Shown piece after piece: positions 31,388 through 42,224 of a stretch of DNA of 64,000 nucleotides. Location of the stretch: NCBI GenBank assembly GCA_023703675.1, contig CP097974.1, positions 661,288 to 725,287 on the forward strand, read 5' to 3'. The notes under the pieces are model-generated. The model was not told the DNA's origin, did not search any database, and worked only from the letters and a program-made list of their open reading frames with translations. Positions within the stretch are counted from its first letter, which is position 1; each line of letters opens with the position of its first letter. Origin of the DNA: SAR86 cluster bacterium. GTDB lineage: Bacteria; Pseudomonadota; Gammaproteobacteria; Magnimaribacterales; AG-339-G14. Made by a program: the position numbers and the translations under genes.

Positions 31388-32279
31388 TAAAATTCTCTAA
31401 TAACTGTTTTGCTTTACTCACAATATAATCGTCATCAGAATTTTGGATAATCTCTTCTGCTAATTCTTTAGCTTTATCAAAGTCTTTCATTTCAAAATAC
31501 ATTGTCGCAAGATTTAACCTAGCTTCGTTTGGATTTCCTATTTCTTCTAAACTTTCGTCTTCTTCACTTGATAAAGATGTTTTTGATAGATTGTCATTTT
31601 TAGGTGCATTCCTAAAATATGAAATTCCTAAAATAGCTAGGATAATGACTAAAACGATGATTACGATAAGTTGATAATCCAAAGAGTTACCAGATTGAAT
31701 ATTAGATAGATCTTCTTGAATTTCAGAGCCTGGATCTGAAATTAAATCTATATAATTTTGTTCAGCTGGAGCTTCTAACAATTCTTTTTGTAAAACAGTT
31801 TCTTCAGAATCAATATACGTCTCTTTCTTTTCTTCTTTCATTTCATTAGCTTCTGGAAATAATAAATCGTCTTCAATAGAATCGCTTATTTCAGTTATTT
31901 CACTAGCTAAAGAAAAGTTTGGTTCGGTGAGTATTAATACATTTTGTAAAACCAAATAATCAGTGTAATTACTATTAATTTTATAATTTTGTTCAGCTAT
32001 GCTCCTTACAGACTCTGTCTTATCTGTCATTGCTAAGGAATTTGAGTCTGGAGATATCAAAAACTGACCTTTCTTTAAAAAGTTAACATTTGCTTCCCTA
32101 AAAGCCTCAGGATTTAAACTCTGAAGCGAAATCATGATTTGATAAACGGAATAATCTGGAATTTCTTTCTTTAATTCAATTGCGATAGACCATAAATTAT
32201 CATAATCGTTAGTTGACCACCCCGCCTGCGCAAAGACTAAATTCGGACACAATAGAAAAAAAATTACTAATCTGAACAT
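31377..32279 (-). CDS. miniature FimV/HubP-like protein (signal peptide, LysM-like domain, TM helix, C-terminal TPR-like motif)
   Basis: 300 aa with a signal peptide '...LVFA-QA'. It has the FimV-type LysM-like segment 'DNLWSIA...VYQIMISLQSLNPEAFREANVNFLKKGQFLISP' and the TM helix 'LIVIIVLVIILAILGISYF'. The C-terminal 'ARLNLATMYFEMKDFDKAKELAEEI' matches the FimV C-terminal motif. Its asd-fimV-truA position is conserved. Confidence 0.55.
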   Translation of the reverse strand: MFRLVIFFLLCPNLVFAQAGWSTNDYDNLWSIAIELKKEIPDYSVYQIMISLQSLNPEAFREANVNFLKKGQFLISPDSNSLAMTDKTESVRSIAEQNYKINSNYTDYLVLQNVLILTEPNFSLASEITEISDSIEDDLLFPEANEMKEEKKETYIDSEETVLQKELLEAPAEQNYIDLISDPGSEIQEDLSNIQSGNSLDYQLIVIIVLVIILAILGISYFRNAPKNDNLSKTSLSSEEDESLEEIGNPNEARLNLATMYFEMKDFDKAKELAEEIIQNSDDDYIVSKAKQLLENFNGS

Positions 32280-32282
32280 TTC

Positions 32283-33293
32283 TTATTTATCTAAAAGCTT
32301 TTTTAATATTTGAATACTGTTTAAGGCAGCGCCTTTTCTAAGATTATCAGCAACAATCCACATATTCACTCTATTTTTCTCCCACAAATCTGCTCTAACT
32401 CTTCCAACAGACACAGGATTTTTCCCAGCAGCATGCTCAATTGGATTGGGAGATAAAAAATCTTTAGAATCATGCCTAATCAAGCCATCTTGAGAACTAA
32501 GCTTATCTTCAAGCGCAATTTGATCGATGTCCTCATAAGTTTCTATATGAGCAGCTATCGAATGACCATAAACTACCGGAACTCTAACGGTAGTTGCGGT
32601 AATGTTAATGGAGTCATCTAGAATTTTTTTTGTTTCATTTGAAATTTTCATTTCTTCGTCAGTATAAAAATTATCTTCTAAATTACCGGCGGATATGACA
32701 TTAAAAGCAATTTGAGAATCATAAACGCTTGGCGATATGTTTTCACCGTGAAGCAACTTTTCAGTCTGACTAAACAATTCATCTATAGCGATTTGTCCAG
32801 ACCCACTCACTGCTTGAAAAGTTACTGCATCAACTCTTTTGATTTTAAATAGATCATGAACTGGCTTTAAAGCTACAAGCAACTGTGCTGTAGAACAATT
32901 TGGATTAGAAATTATCATTGGAGCAGAAACTTCATCTAAAACTGAACCGTTGACTTCAGGAATGACTAATGGAACATTCTTATCTTTTCTAAATCTTGAA
33001 GAGTTATCAATAACGCTGCACCCTTGTTCGACGGCTTTTAGAGCAAAATTTTCTGCAATACTCGCGCCTGCAGAAAAAAAAGCTAAATCAACTTCAGAAA
33101 AATCAAATTTTGAAAGGTCTGAAACCTTAAAAACTTGTGAACCACAAGCTAATTCAACTCCTTGAGATCTTTCACTAGCAAGAAGATAAAGTTCTTTCTC
33201 ACCAGGAAAAAATTCGTCTAACAAATCTAAAAAGACTCGACCCACAGCTCCAGTTGCGCCAACAACAGCAATTTTTTTAGTTAAGGTTTGCAA
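32283..33293 (-). CDS. asd: aspartate-semialdehyde dehydrogenase
   Basis: 336 aa with a TTG start that overlaps the leuB end by 17 nt. It has 'VVGATGAVG' and the active-site motif 'SNPNCST'. Confidence 0.92.
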   Translation of the reverse strand: MQTLTKKIAVVGATGAVGRVFLDLLDEFFPGEKELYLLASERSQGVELACGSQVFKVSDLSKFDFSEVDLAFFSAGASIAENFALKAVEQGCSVIDNSSRFRKDKNVPLVIPEVNGSVLDEVSAPMIISNPNCSTAQLLVALKPVHDLFKIKRVDAVTFQAVSGSGQIAIDELFSQTEKLLHGENISPSVYDSQIAFNVISAGNLEDNFYTDEEMKISNETKKILDDSINITATTVRVPVVYGHSIAAHIETYEDIDQIALEDKLSSQDGLIRHDSKDFLSPNPIEHAAGKNPVSVGRVRADLWEKNRVNMWIVADNLRKGAALNSIQILKKLLDK

Positions 33294-34344
33294 TTATTAG
33301 GTCTCCCATCTCCTGAGTTGAAACAACTTTAGAATTATTCACAGCAATATCTTTTGTAACATAACCATCAGAAATAACTTTTTTCACTGCATTTTCTATT
33401 TTGATGGAAATATCTTCTTGTGAAAAAGAATACTTAAACATCATTCCTATTGACAAAATTGAAGCCAAAGGGTTCGCAATTGATTTTCCAGCAATGTCTG
33501 GAGCTGTACCGTGAACTGGTTCGTAAAGTCCTTTAGAAGCAGAATTTAAGGAGGCCGAAGGGAGCATCCCGATTGAACCTGATAAAACAGAGCTGATATC
33601 AGAAAGAATGTCTCCAAAAAGATTAGAAGACACGATTACATCAAATTGTTTAGGATTTTGAACTAATTGCATAGCCGCATTATCAACTAGCATATGCTCC
33701 AGGATTACTTCTGGATATTTTTTTGAAACTTTGATCATTATTTTTCGCCAAAACTCAGAAACCTCAAGAACGTTAGCTTTGTCCACAGAACAGATTTTTT
33801 TATTTCTTTTCATCGCTGCTTCAAAAGCTACCTCAGCAATTCTTTCAACTTCATTTGTTGAATAAATCATGGTGTTAAGAGCAGATTCAGCATTTATTTC
33901 CCTAGGGTTACCAAAATAAATTCCCCCTGTAAGCTCTCTTACAATAAGAATATCCAAACTTTCAATTATTTCTTTTTTTAAAGAAGAAGAATCTTCTAAG
34001 CCTTCAAAAGACATGGAAGGTCTTAAATTTGCAAACAAATCTAACTCTGATCTTAATTTCAATAATCCTTTTTCAGGTTTAAGCGAAGGCTTCAGAGCGT
34101 CCCATTTTGGTCCGCCGACACCTCCCAAAAAAATTGCATCTGCTTTTTTTGCTATTTCAATTGTTTCTTTGGATATTGGACTCCCTTCCTGATCAATTGC
34201 TATACCCCCAATCAACATCTTGCTTATCTCTAAATCTATATGGTGAAGTCTAGAAATATGAACTAAAACTTTTTCAGCTTCCGCACTAACTTCTGGGCCG
34301 ATACCGTCTCCAGGCAAAAAAAGAATATTTTTTTTACTTGTCAT
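33277..34344 (-). CDS. leuB: 3-isopropylmalate dehydrogenase
   Basis: 355 aa with 'LPGDGIGPE' and 'NLFGDILSD'. Confidence 0.96.
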   Translation of the reverse strand: MTSKKNILFLPGDGIGPEVSAEAEKVLVHISRLHHIDLEISKMLIGGIAIDQEGSPISKETIEIAKKADAIFLGGVGGPKWDALKPSLKPEKGLLKLRSELDLFANLRPSMSFEGLEDSSSLKKEIIESLDILIVRELTGGIYFGNPREINAESALNTMIYSTNEVERIAEVAFEAAMKRNKKICSVDKANVLEVSEFWRKIMIKVSKKYPEVILEHMLVDNAAMQLVQNPKQFDVIVSSNLFGDILSDISSVLSGSIGMLPSASLNSASKGLYEPVHGTAPDIAGKSIANPLASILSIGMMFKYSFSQEDISIKIENAVKKVISDGYVTKDIAVNNSKVVSTQEMGDLIIANLN

Positions 34345-34978
34345 TTAAAATCCAAGGTCTGCTAGTTTTAAGTTTATTTTCATAATCAGTGATTCGATTC
34401 TCATATTTAAGACTAAAACCAATGTCATCAAGCCCTTCAAGAAGACAGGTTTTGCGAAAATCATCAATTTCAAATTTTATGGATTCTAAATTTGGAATTT
34501 GTATGTTTTGATTAATCAAATCAATTTCAATTTGTTTTTGAGAATTATTAATTTGTTGATCAAAAATTTGATTGACTACTTTTGTGTTTAACTTAATTGC
34601 AAGTAACCCGTTTTTAAAACAGTTATTGAAGAATATGTCACCGAAAGAAGGTGCAATTACCACGTTAATCCCGAAGTCTTTAAGTGCCCAAACAGCATGT
34701 TCTCTGCTTGATCCACAACCAAAATTTTCCCTAGCAATCAAAACATTAGAACCTTGATACTGATCAAGATTTAAAACGAATTCTGAATTTTTTACTCTCT
34801 CAGATACTTTCTTTCCGAGATAACCTTCGTCATTAAATCTCCAAGAATCAAATAGGTATGGTCCTAATCCGCTTTTAGAAATGGATTTTAAAAATTGCTT
34901 TGGAATAATTTGATCTGTATCTACATTTGCTTTATCTAAACAAACGTATTCTCCAGAATAAAGGTTAGAATTTTTCAT
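34334..34978 (-). CDS. leuD: 3-isopropylmalate dehydratase small subunit
   Basis: 214 aa with 'ARENFGCGSSREHA'. Confidence 0.93.
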   Translation of the reverse strand: MKNSNLYSGEYVCLDKANVDTDQIIPKQFLKSISKSGLGPYLFDSWRFNDEGYLGKKVSERVKNSEFVLNLDQYQGSNVLIARENFGCGSSREHAVWALKDFGINVVIAPSFGDIFFNNCFKNGLLAIKLNTKVVNQIFDQQINNSQKQIEIDLINQNIQIPNLESIKFEIDDFRKTCLLEGLDDIGFSLKYENRITDYENKLKTSRPWILNDK

Positions 34979-36375
34979 TAAATATCTCTGACGTCTATGA
35001 ACTTTCCTTCCAGGGAAGCAGCCGCAGCCATTATTGGGCTAACTAAATGTGTCCTACCTTTAAAGCCCTGTCTGCCCTCAAAATTTCTATTAGAGGTGGA
35101 TGCACACCTTTCAAATTCTTTTAATTGATCAGGATTCATCCCCAAGCACATTGAACATCCAGCGTCTCTCCACTCAAATCCAGCAGATTTAAAAATCTCA
35201 TCTAAGCCTTCTGATTCAGCTTGTTTTTTAACCAAACCTGATCCCGGCACGACAATAGCCCGTCTAATTTTTTTTGAAATTTTATTCCCATTTAATATCT
35301 CAGATGCTGCCCTTAAATCTTCTATTCTAGAATTAGTGCACGAACCAATGAAGATTTGATCTAGTTCGATATCTTTAATTTTGGTTCCAGGCTCCAAGCC
35401 CATGTAGCTCAATGCATCTAATAAATTTTTATTATCTTTTCCCACTTGAGGAATAGCGTCTTCAACATGGGTAACCATTTCAGGAGAAGTTCCCCAGGTA
35501 ACTTGAGGTAAAATTTCTTCAGCACTGAATAAATATTTTGAATCAAACAACGCGTCTGAATCCGTAGCCAAGTCCTTCCAATAATCTACAGCCTTCTTAA
35601 ATTCCTCTCCTTTTGGAGCAAATGGGCGATTTTCTACATAATTAAATGTTTTTTCGTCGGGGGCAACCATTCCGGCTCTCGCGCCTGCTTCAATCGCCAT
35701 ATTGCAAAGTGTCATCCTTCCTTCCATTGAAAGATTCCTAATGGCTTCGCCACAGTACTCAATCACATGTCCTGTTCCTCCAGCGGTCCCGATCTTGCCA
35801 ATGATAAACATTGTCACATCTTTTGCCGTAACACCTTTTTGAAGATTACCTTCTATTTCAATCATCATGTTTTTCTGTTTTTGAGACACTAAACATTGAG
35901 TTGCAAGAACATGCTCAACCTCACTAGTTCCAATTCCCATTGCCAGTGAACCAAATGCTCCGTGAGTAGATGTATGAGAATCACCACAGACTATTGTCAT
36001 TCCGGGAAGAGTTATACCCTGTTCAGGTCCAATTACATGAACTATGCCTTGACGCTCATCATTCAATTTGAATTGATTAATACCAAATTCGTCGCAATTG
36101 TCATTTAAGGTGACAACTTGAAGTTTACTAATCGGATCTTTAATTCCGTTAACATCTTTTGATCTATCAGTGGTTGGCACATTGTGATCTGGAGTGGCTA
36201 AAATAGTACTTATTTGCCTGGGATTTAAATTATTTTCTCGTAATCCATCAAAAGCTTGAGGAGACGTAACTTCATGAACTAAGTGACGATCAATATAAAT
36301 TAACGAACTTCCGTCATCTCTATTCGTGACAAAGTGGTCATCCCAAATTTTATCGTATAAAGTTTTTGGAGACAT
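34978..36375 (-). CDS. leuC: 3-isopropylmalate dehydratase large subunit
   Basis: 465 aa with '[13 protein letters not shown]', '[13 protein letters not shown]' and 'CSMCLGMN'. Confidence 0.97.
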   Translation of the reverse strand: MSPKTLYDKIWDDHFVTNRDDGSSLIYIDRHLVHEVTSPQAFDGLRENNLNPRQISTILATPDHNVPTTDRSKDVNGIKDPISKLQVVTLNDNCDEFGINQFKLNDERQGIVHVIGPEQGITLPGMTIVCGDSHTSTHGAFGSLAMGIGTSEVEHVLATQCLVSQKQKNMMIEIEGNLQKGVTAKDVTMFIIGKIGTAGGTGHVIEYCGEAIRNLSMEGRMTLCNMAIEAGARAGMVAPDEKTFNYVENRPFAPKGEEFKKAVDYWKDLATDSDALFDSKYLFSAEEILPQVTWGTSPEMVTHVEDAIPQVGKDNKNLLDALSYMGLEPGTKIKDIELDQIFIGSCTNSRIEDLRAASEILNGNKISKKIRRAIVVPGSGLVKKQAESEGLDEIFKSAGFEWRDAGCSMCLGMNPDQLKEFERCASTSNRNFEGRQGFKGRTHLVSPIMAAAASLEGKFIDVRDI

Positions 36376-36380
36376 GATAT

Positions 36381-37481
36381 CTATTTTTTACTAGATGGAA
36401 TTTTTTTGAATTCTTTTGGCTTATCGTGATTTTGTGCCCTATTTCTTAAATAATGGTCTATGAGAACAATTGATGTCATTGCTTCAACAATCGGAACTGC
36501 TCTTATTCCCACGCATGGATCATGTCTTCCTCTAGAAATCACTTCTGTTGACTCACCATCCTTATTCACTGAATTACCTTTGACTAAAATGCTTGAAGTC
36601 GGTTTAAGCGCTACCTTTGCAGATAAATTTTGACCGGTTGAAATTCCACCAGAAATCCCACCCGAATTATTAGACTCAAAACCCTCGGGAGAAATTTCAT
36701 CCCTGTTAATTGAGCCCTTCAACCCAACTACTTCAGTGCCATTACCTATTTCGACAGCCTTAACTGCATTGATACTCATAAGAGCATGTGCTAAATCTGC
36801 ATCTAATTTATCAAAGACTGGTTCCCCAAGTCCTAGTGGCATATTCGAAGCTTCCACAGAAATAGAGGCTCCGATCGAGTCGCCCTCATCTCTTAATTGA
36901 TCAATATATTTTTCTAATTCTGGAACCAATGATTCATCTGGACAAAAAAAAGGATTTTGATCAATAAATTCTCGATCAAATTTTTTTATTTTGTACTCGC
37001 CTATCTGATTAATAAATCCAAAAACTTGTACGTTTAATTTATCTAATAAAAACTTTTTAGCTATTGCACCAGCGGCAACTCTCATTGCTGTTTCTCTAGC
37101 GGATGATCTTCCGCCTCCTCGGTGATCTCTGATTCCATATTTTTGAATGTATCCATAATCTGCGTGAGAAGGACGATAAACGTCTTTGAGTTGATCATAA
37201 TCAGAACTTTTTTGATCTTTATTTTTTATCAATAAACCTATTGGAGTTCCAGTAGTCATGCCCTCAAAAACTCCTGACAAAATTTCAACTTTATCGTCTT
37301 CCTGTCTTTTAGTTGTATATTCATTAGAGCCAGGTTTTCTCCTATCAAGATCTTTTTGAATGACCTCTTCATCAATTTTGATTCCAGGCGGACATCCGTC
37401 TATTACGCAGCCCATAGCCACGCCATGACTTTCACCAAAGGTCGTCACCACGAAGCTTTTACCAATACTATTTCCTGACAT
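36381..37481 (-). CDS. aroC: chorismate synthase
   Basis: 366 aa with 'TTFGESHG', 'RPSHADY' and 'RHDPC'. Confidence 0.97.
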   Translation of the reverse strand: MSGNSIGKSFVVTTFGESHGVAMGCVIDGCPPGIKIDEEVIQKDLDRRKPGSNEYTTKRQEDDKVEILSGVFEGMTTGTPIGLLIKNKDQKSSDYDQLKDVYRPSHADYGYIQKYGIRDHRGGGRSSARETAMRVAAGAIAKKFLLDKLNVQVFGFINQIGEYKIKKFDREFIDQNPFFCPDESLVPELEKYIDQLRDEGDSIGASISVEASNMPLGLGEPVFDKLDADLAHALMSINAVKAVEIGNGTEVVGLKGSINRDEISPEGFESNNSGGISGGISTGQNLSAKVALKPTSSILVKGNSVNKDGESTEVISRGRHDPCVGIRAVPIVEAMTSIVLIDHYLRNRAQNHDKPKEFKKIPSSKK

Positions 37482-37534
37482 TTCTCTATAAACTACTCAA
37501 ATTATACGCTTTTATAGGCAATATACTTAAGTAG

Positions 37535-38182
37535 ATGAATTTAGACCAATATAGTTCAATTTTTTGGGATTTTGGAGGAGTTATAACTTCTAGTCCTTTT
37601 GAAGCCTTCAACAAATACGAAAAAGCAAAAAATCTTCCTGAAAACTTCTTAAGAAAAGTAAATTCAACTAATCCTCATGTTAATGCTTGGGCTCTTTTGG
37701 AACAATCAAAAATTTCACTTACTGAGTTTGATGACCTTTTTTTTAAAGAAAGTTCTGATCTCGGTTATCCTGTAAAAGGATCCGAAGTGCTTAGCCTATT
37801 GGAAGGAAATTTACGACCTAAGATGATTGAAGCTATAAAAAAGTTGAAGAATTTAGGTTTTATTCAAGCCTGTTTAACAAATAATTTTATTCCCACAAAT
37901 GAACTTCAACCAGACATGACTGATCAAGAGGAAAAAAATAATATTTTAAATCTTTTTGATTATGTATTTGAATCAAAAGAGCTTGGCTTAAGAAAACCAG
38001 ATCAAGAATTTTATGATTACGTCATGGCAGAAGTAAAAATTTCTCCAGAAAAAATAATTTTTCTAGACGATTTAGGAATAAATTTAAAGCCAGCTAAATT
38101 GATGGGAATTACTACGATAAAAGTTATATCAGAAAGTCAGGCAAGAGAAGAACTCGAAAGTATTTTAGGAATTACTCTTTAA
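37535..38182 (+). CDS. HAD-superfamily hydrolase (epoxide-hydrolase N-terminal phosphatase-like subfamily)
   Basis: 215 aa with HAD motif I 'IFWDFGGVI', 'CLTNN' and motif IV 'FLDDLGINLKPA'. Confidence 0.7.
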   Translation: MNLDQYSSIFWDFGGVITSSPFEAFNKYEKAKNLPENFLRKVNSTNPHVNAWALLEQSKISLTEFDDLFFKESSDLGYPVKGSEVLSLLEGNLRPKMIEAIKKLKNLGFIQACLTNNFIPTNELQPDMTDQEEKNNILNLFDYVFESKELGLRKPDQEFYDYVMAEVKISPEKIIFLDDLGINLKPAKLMGITTIKVISESQAREELESILGITL

Positions 38183-39624
38183 TTAGTTTCAGGAATAAAC
38201 AAATCAACGAATTCTTTAACTGGTAATGACAATAGTTTTTCATCATCTTCAAATAGCTTCATTACTTCGCTAACTCTTTTGTCAGAAAATTGAATTTTGA
38301 GGTTTTTTTTAAATTTATTTATCAGTATAGGAATTCCCTCGCTTCTTCTATTTTTGTGGCCTATTGGATAATGGACTTCCTCCACATCCGTACTAGTTCC
38401 ATCTTTGAAAAAAATTTGTAAGGAGTTGGCAATTGATCTTTTGTCAGGGTCTAAATAGTCCTCAGAAAAAGTTTTGTTTTCTTCAACTTCCATCTTGTCT
38501 CTAAGTTGATCAATTAAGGGATTGCTTGCTACGTCGTCCTCGTAATCCTCAGCTATTAAATCTCCTTTCAGAAGACCAATGGCCGTCATGTATTGAAGAC
38601 AATGATCCCTATCTGCGGGATTATTCAAAGCTCCTTCTTTGCTTATTATCCTAATAGCGGATTCATGAGTAATGATTTTTATTTTTTCAATCTCGTCAAA
38701 TTTACCGTCTAATTTTTTATGGAGTTTTACTGCAGCTTCAACAGCGGTTTGAGCATGAAATTCAGCTGGGAAAGAGATTTTGAAAAGTACGTTCTCCATA
38801 ACGTATGAATCAAATTCTTGATTTAAAATTAATTCATTTCCTTTGAACAAAACATCTTTAAAGCCCCAGGTTGGCGCAGATATAGCGCTTGGATATCCAA
38901 TTTGACCTTTTTTTGTGAGCCAAACTAATTGCATCGCCCTGCTCGTTGCATCCCCTGCAGCCCAAGATTTGCGTGGGCCCGCATTTGGTGCATGTCTGTA
39001 AGTTCTCAAGCTTTGTCCATCAACAAATGCTTGAGACAAAGCGTCAATTGTTTGATCTTTCGTCAAGCCTAATATTACTGATATTACAGCTACTGAGGCA
39101 ATTTTCACTAGTAAGACATGATCTAAGCCAACCCTATTAAAGCTGTTTTCTAAGGCTAAAACTCCCTGAATTTCATGAGCTTTTATCATTGAGAATAGAA
39201 TTTCTTTAACAGTTATTTCCTTTTCAGGAAAATTTTGAGACATGTAATCGCAAGCAGCTAAAATACCTCCCAAATTATCAGATGGGTGGCCCCACTCTGC
39301 GGCTAGCCAGGTATCGTTAAAGTCTAACCATCGAATTATTGCTCCATTGTCCCAAGCCGCTTTTATCGGATCTAATTTATAGTTCGTTCCCAATACTCGG
39401 ACGCCGTTCGGAACTTCTGTTCCTTCTATATGAGGACCTAATAAAGATTTGCACTCAGGAAACGTAAGTGCCAGAAGCCCGCAGCCGATGGTATCCATTA
39501 AGCAATATTTAGCAGTTCTTAGTGCTTCCTGGCTACTAATGTCGCAATCATGAACATATTCAGAAATTTTTATAAGTAATTCGTCAGGATTTGGACGAAC
39601 ATTAGTTTCGACGTTTGAGGACAT
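38179..39624 (-). CDS. prpD: 2-methylcitrate dehydratase
   Basis: 481 aa in the MmgE/PrpD family. It is the last gene of a prpB-prpC-prpD run. Confidence 0.9.
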   Translation of the reverse strand: MSSNVETNVRPNPDELLIKISEYVHDCDISSQEALRTAKYCLMDTIGCGLLALTFPECKSLLGPHIEGTEVPNGVRVLGTNYKLDPIKAAWDNGAIIRWLDFNDTWLAAEWGHPSDNLGGILAACDYMSQNFPEKEITVKEILFSMIKAHEIQGVLALENSFNRVGLDHVLLVKIASVAVISVILGLTKDQTIDALSQAFVDGQSLRTYRHAPNAGPRKSWAAGDATSRAMQLVWLTKKGQIGYPSAISAPTWGFKDVLFKGNELILNQEFDSYVMENVLFKISFPAEFHAQTAVEAAVKLHKKLDGKFDEIEKIKIITHESAIRIISKEGALNNPADRDHCLQYMTAIGLLKGDLIAEDYEDDVASNPLIDQLRDKMEVEENKTFSEDYLDPDKRSIANSLQIFFKDGTSTDVEEVHYPIGHKNRRSEGIPILINKFKKNLKIQFSDKRVSEVMKLFEDDEKLLSLPVKEFVDLFIPETN

Positions 39625-39632
39625 ATAAAGGG

Positions 39633-40757
39633 TTATCTACTTTCTATATCAACCCATTCGGAGCGATCAGGGCCAATGTATTCTTCGCTGGGTCTGATGA
39701 TTCTATTGTCTGCTCGCTGTTCAAAAATATTTGCTGCCCAACCAGCTGTTCTGCCAATAACAAACAAAGGAGTAAATAATTTAGTTGGAATGCCAAGATA
39801 TGAATAAGCAGACGCCATAAAAAAATCTGTATTGGCAAACATTTTTTTCTCTTCATCCATTGTTTTTTCTATTTGAGCAGAAACAAGGTAAAGGGTTTCG
39901 TCTCCATTTTCTTTACTAAGCTTTTCAGACCATTTTTTTATAATTGCATTTCTTGGATCTTCAGTGCTATAAACCGCGTGTCCGAAACCCATAATTTTTT
40001 CCTTATTCTTTAACATTTCTAACACTGCTGACTTAGCTTCTTCAGTGGATGAAAATTTTTCAATAAGCTCCATTGCCGCCTCGTTAGCTCCACCATGTAA
40101 GGGGCCTCTTAAAGTTCCAATTGCGCCTGTTATGCAGGAATGAATATCAGATAATGTTGAAGCGCAAGTCCTTGCCGTGAACGTAGAAGCATTAAAACCA
40201 TGCTCTGCGTACAAAATTAAGGATGTGTCTAAACATCTAATTTGATCTTCATTTGCATCTTTGCCATGAAGTAAAGATAAAAAATGGCCGCCAATGGAAG
40301 TATTATCAGTTTCTGTATTAACTTTTACTCCTTCATGAGAATATTTATACCAGTAGACGATTATAGATGCCATTGTCGCTAATATTCGATCAGCAGATTC
40401 TTGTTGATTACTAAAATCTCCCTCTGGTTCTATATTACCTAACATAGAACAGCCAGTTCTCATAACATCCATCGGGTGAGCTTCCGCAGGAATTCTCTCT
40501 AAAACCTCAATCAAAGATTCAGGCAAAGCTCGCATAGAAATTAATTTATTTGAATATTCATTAAATTCTGTTTGATTTGGCAAAGCTCCATACATCAAAA
40601 GATATGCTACTTCCTCAAACTTTGCTTTTTCAGAGAGAATTTCAATGGGATAGCCTCTATAGGTTAAACCTTTCCCAGCCTTACCAACAGTTGAAAGAGA
40701 TGTTTTTCCGGCTACTTGACCCCTTAAGCCTGCGCCCTCTAATTTTTTTTCGGACAT
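39633..40757 (-). CDS. prpC: 2-methylcitrate synthase
   Basis: 374 aa with citrate-synthase motifs 'GPLHGGANE' and 'GFGHAVY'. The genomic context is with prpB and prpD. Confidence 0.9.
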   Translation of the reverse strand: MSEKKLEGAGLRGQVAGKTSLSTVGKAGKGLTYRGYPIEILSEKAKFEEVAYLLMYGALPNQTEFNEYSNKLISMRALPESLIEVLERIPAEAHPMDVMRTGCSMLGNIEPEGDFSNQQESADRILATMASIIVYWYKYSHEGVKVNTETDNTSIGGHFLSLLHGKDANEDQIRCLDTSLILYAEHGFNASTFTARTCASTLSDIHSCITGAIGTLRGPLHGGANEAAMELIEKFSSTEEAKSAVLEMLKNKEKIMGFGHAVYSTEDPRNAIIKKWSEKLSKENGDETLYLVSAQIEKTMDEEKKMFANTDFFMASAYSYLGIPTKLFTPLFVIGRTAGWAANIFEQRADNRIIRPSEEYIGPDRSEWVDIESR

Positions 40758-40761
40758 GAAT

Positions 40762-41625
40762 TTATTCCTTTGAAAATAGATCGTCTATTTTTTTTTCGTA
40801 CATATGATAGTTCAGTACGTCATATAATTCATCTCGAGATTGCATTTTTTTTAATTTATTTTTTAAAGTCTCTTGTTCGGCCAATTCCTCATAAATCTCT
40901 TCCGCAGCCTTCGACATAGCCCTAAAAGCGCTCAGCGGATATAGAATCATTTTTACTCCAGAATTTTTTAATTCATTTGTTTCGAACATTGGAGTAAGTC
41001 CAAACTCAGTAATGTTAGCTAAAATTGGTGCATTTACATTTTTTGAAACTTCAAAATAATCTTCAAGTTTTGTTATTGCTTCTGGAAAAATTGAGTCTGC
41101 ACCGGCTTCGACATAAGCATTTGATCGATCTATAACGGAATTGATTCCCTCTTTAGAAAAAGCATCAGTTCTAGCCATCAGCATAAAATTTTTATTATCA
41201 ACTGAGTCTTTTGCTGCTTTTATTCTGTCTTCCATTTCATCAGAAGAAACGATTTCTTTACCCGGTCTATGTCCACACCTTTTTTCTGAAACCTGATCTT
41301 CTAAATGAACTGCATCAGCACCTGCAGTGATCATTTCTTTGATTGTTTTTGCGATATTTAAACCGCTACCCCAGCCAGTATCACAATCAACCAAAATGGG
41401 TAAATCGCAGACCCCTTTTATTCTTCTTAAATCTTCTAAAACATTATCCCTTGAAGTAAGTGCCAAATCAGGGAGTCCATAGCTGGCATTAGCCACTCCT
41501 GCTCCTGAAAGATATATTGCTTGGTGACCCTTTCTTTTTGCCAATAGAGCTGAAAAAGCATTTATTGTGCCCACGATTTTAAGTGGGTTTTCTTTTTTTA
41601 GTAATTGGAAAAAATTTTGAGACAT
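40762..41625 (-). CDS. prpB: methylisocitrate lyase
   Basis: 287 aa with 'HLEDQVSEKRCGHRPGK' (ICL/PEP-mutase signature) and 'DCDTGWG'. Confidence 0.92.
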   Translation of the reverse strand: MSQNFFQLLKKENPLKIVGTINAFSALLAKRKGHQAIYLSGAGVANASYGLPDLALTSRDNVLEDLRRIKGVCDLPILVDCDTGWGSGLNIAKTIKEMITAGADAVHLEDQVSEKRCGHRPGKEIVSSDEMEDRIKAAKDSVDNKNFMLMARTDAFSKEGINSVIDRSNAYVEAGADSIFPEAITKLEDYFEVSKNVNAPILANITEFGLTPMFETNELKNSGVKMILYPLSAFRAMSKAAEEIYEELAEQETLKNKLKKMQSRDELYDVLNYHMYEKKIDDLFSKE

Positions 41626-41627
41626 GA

Positions 41628-42224
41628 TTAAATTTTACTTTTTAGAATTATCTTAAGTTCTTCATGTGTGTCAGCAGTCATTAATTTAGGAAACTCTGTT
41701 TTTATATGCTCCGGAGCCTGAAAAAAAATTCCCAAATCAGCATTAGACAACATATTAATGTCATTATACGAATCTCCCGCAGCATAAACTTCGAATTTAA
41801 GAGATTTTAGAACTTCTACGACCTTTTGTTTATTGTTTTGCTGTCTTAATTGATAGCCTTCAATTCTATTGTCATTAATATTCAGGTGATGGCAAATAAT
41901 ATTTGGAAACTTTAACTTTTCTACTAATGGCCATGCTAACTCGTAAAAGGTATCTGAGACTATTGAAACTTGAAAATGAAATCTTGCCCAATCTAAGAAG
42001 TCTTCTGCGCCATCTAAAGGATTCATAGATTTAACAATTTCTTGAATATCACTAAGTTTAATATTTTTTTCATTTACGACTTTCATGCGAAGTTGCATTA
42101 ATTCGTCATAATCCTTTAGATCTTGAGTTGTAAGCATAAGCTCCTTAGAACCTGTCTCTTTTGCTACGTATTGCCAGATTTCAGGTATCAAGACACCTTC
42201 AAAATCTAGACACAGATATTTCAT
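41628..42224 (-). CDS. thrH: ThrH-type phosphoserine phosphatase / homoserine phosphotransferase (HAD family)
   Basis: 198 aa. Similarity along the full length, from memory, to P. aeruginosa ThrH: 'CLDFEGVLIPEIW', 'FQVSIVSDTFYE', 'IEGYQLRQ' and 'AAGDSYNDINML'. Proximity to cysB also matches Pseudomonas. Confidence 0.75.
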   Translation of the reverse strand: MKYLCLDFEGVLIPEIWQYVAKETGSKELMLTTQDLKDYDELMQLRMKVVNEKNIKLSDIQEIVKSMNPLDGAEDFLDWARFHFQVSIVSDTFYELAWPLVEKLKFPNIICHHLNINDNRIEGYQLRQQNNKQKVVEVLKSLKFEVYAAGDSYNDINMLSNADLGIFFQAPEHIKTEFPKLMTADTHEELKIILKSKI

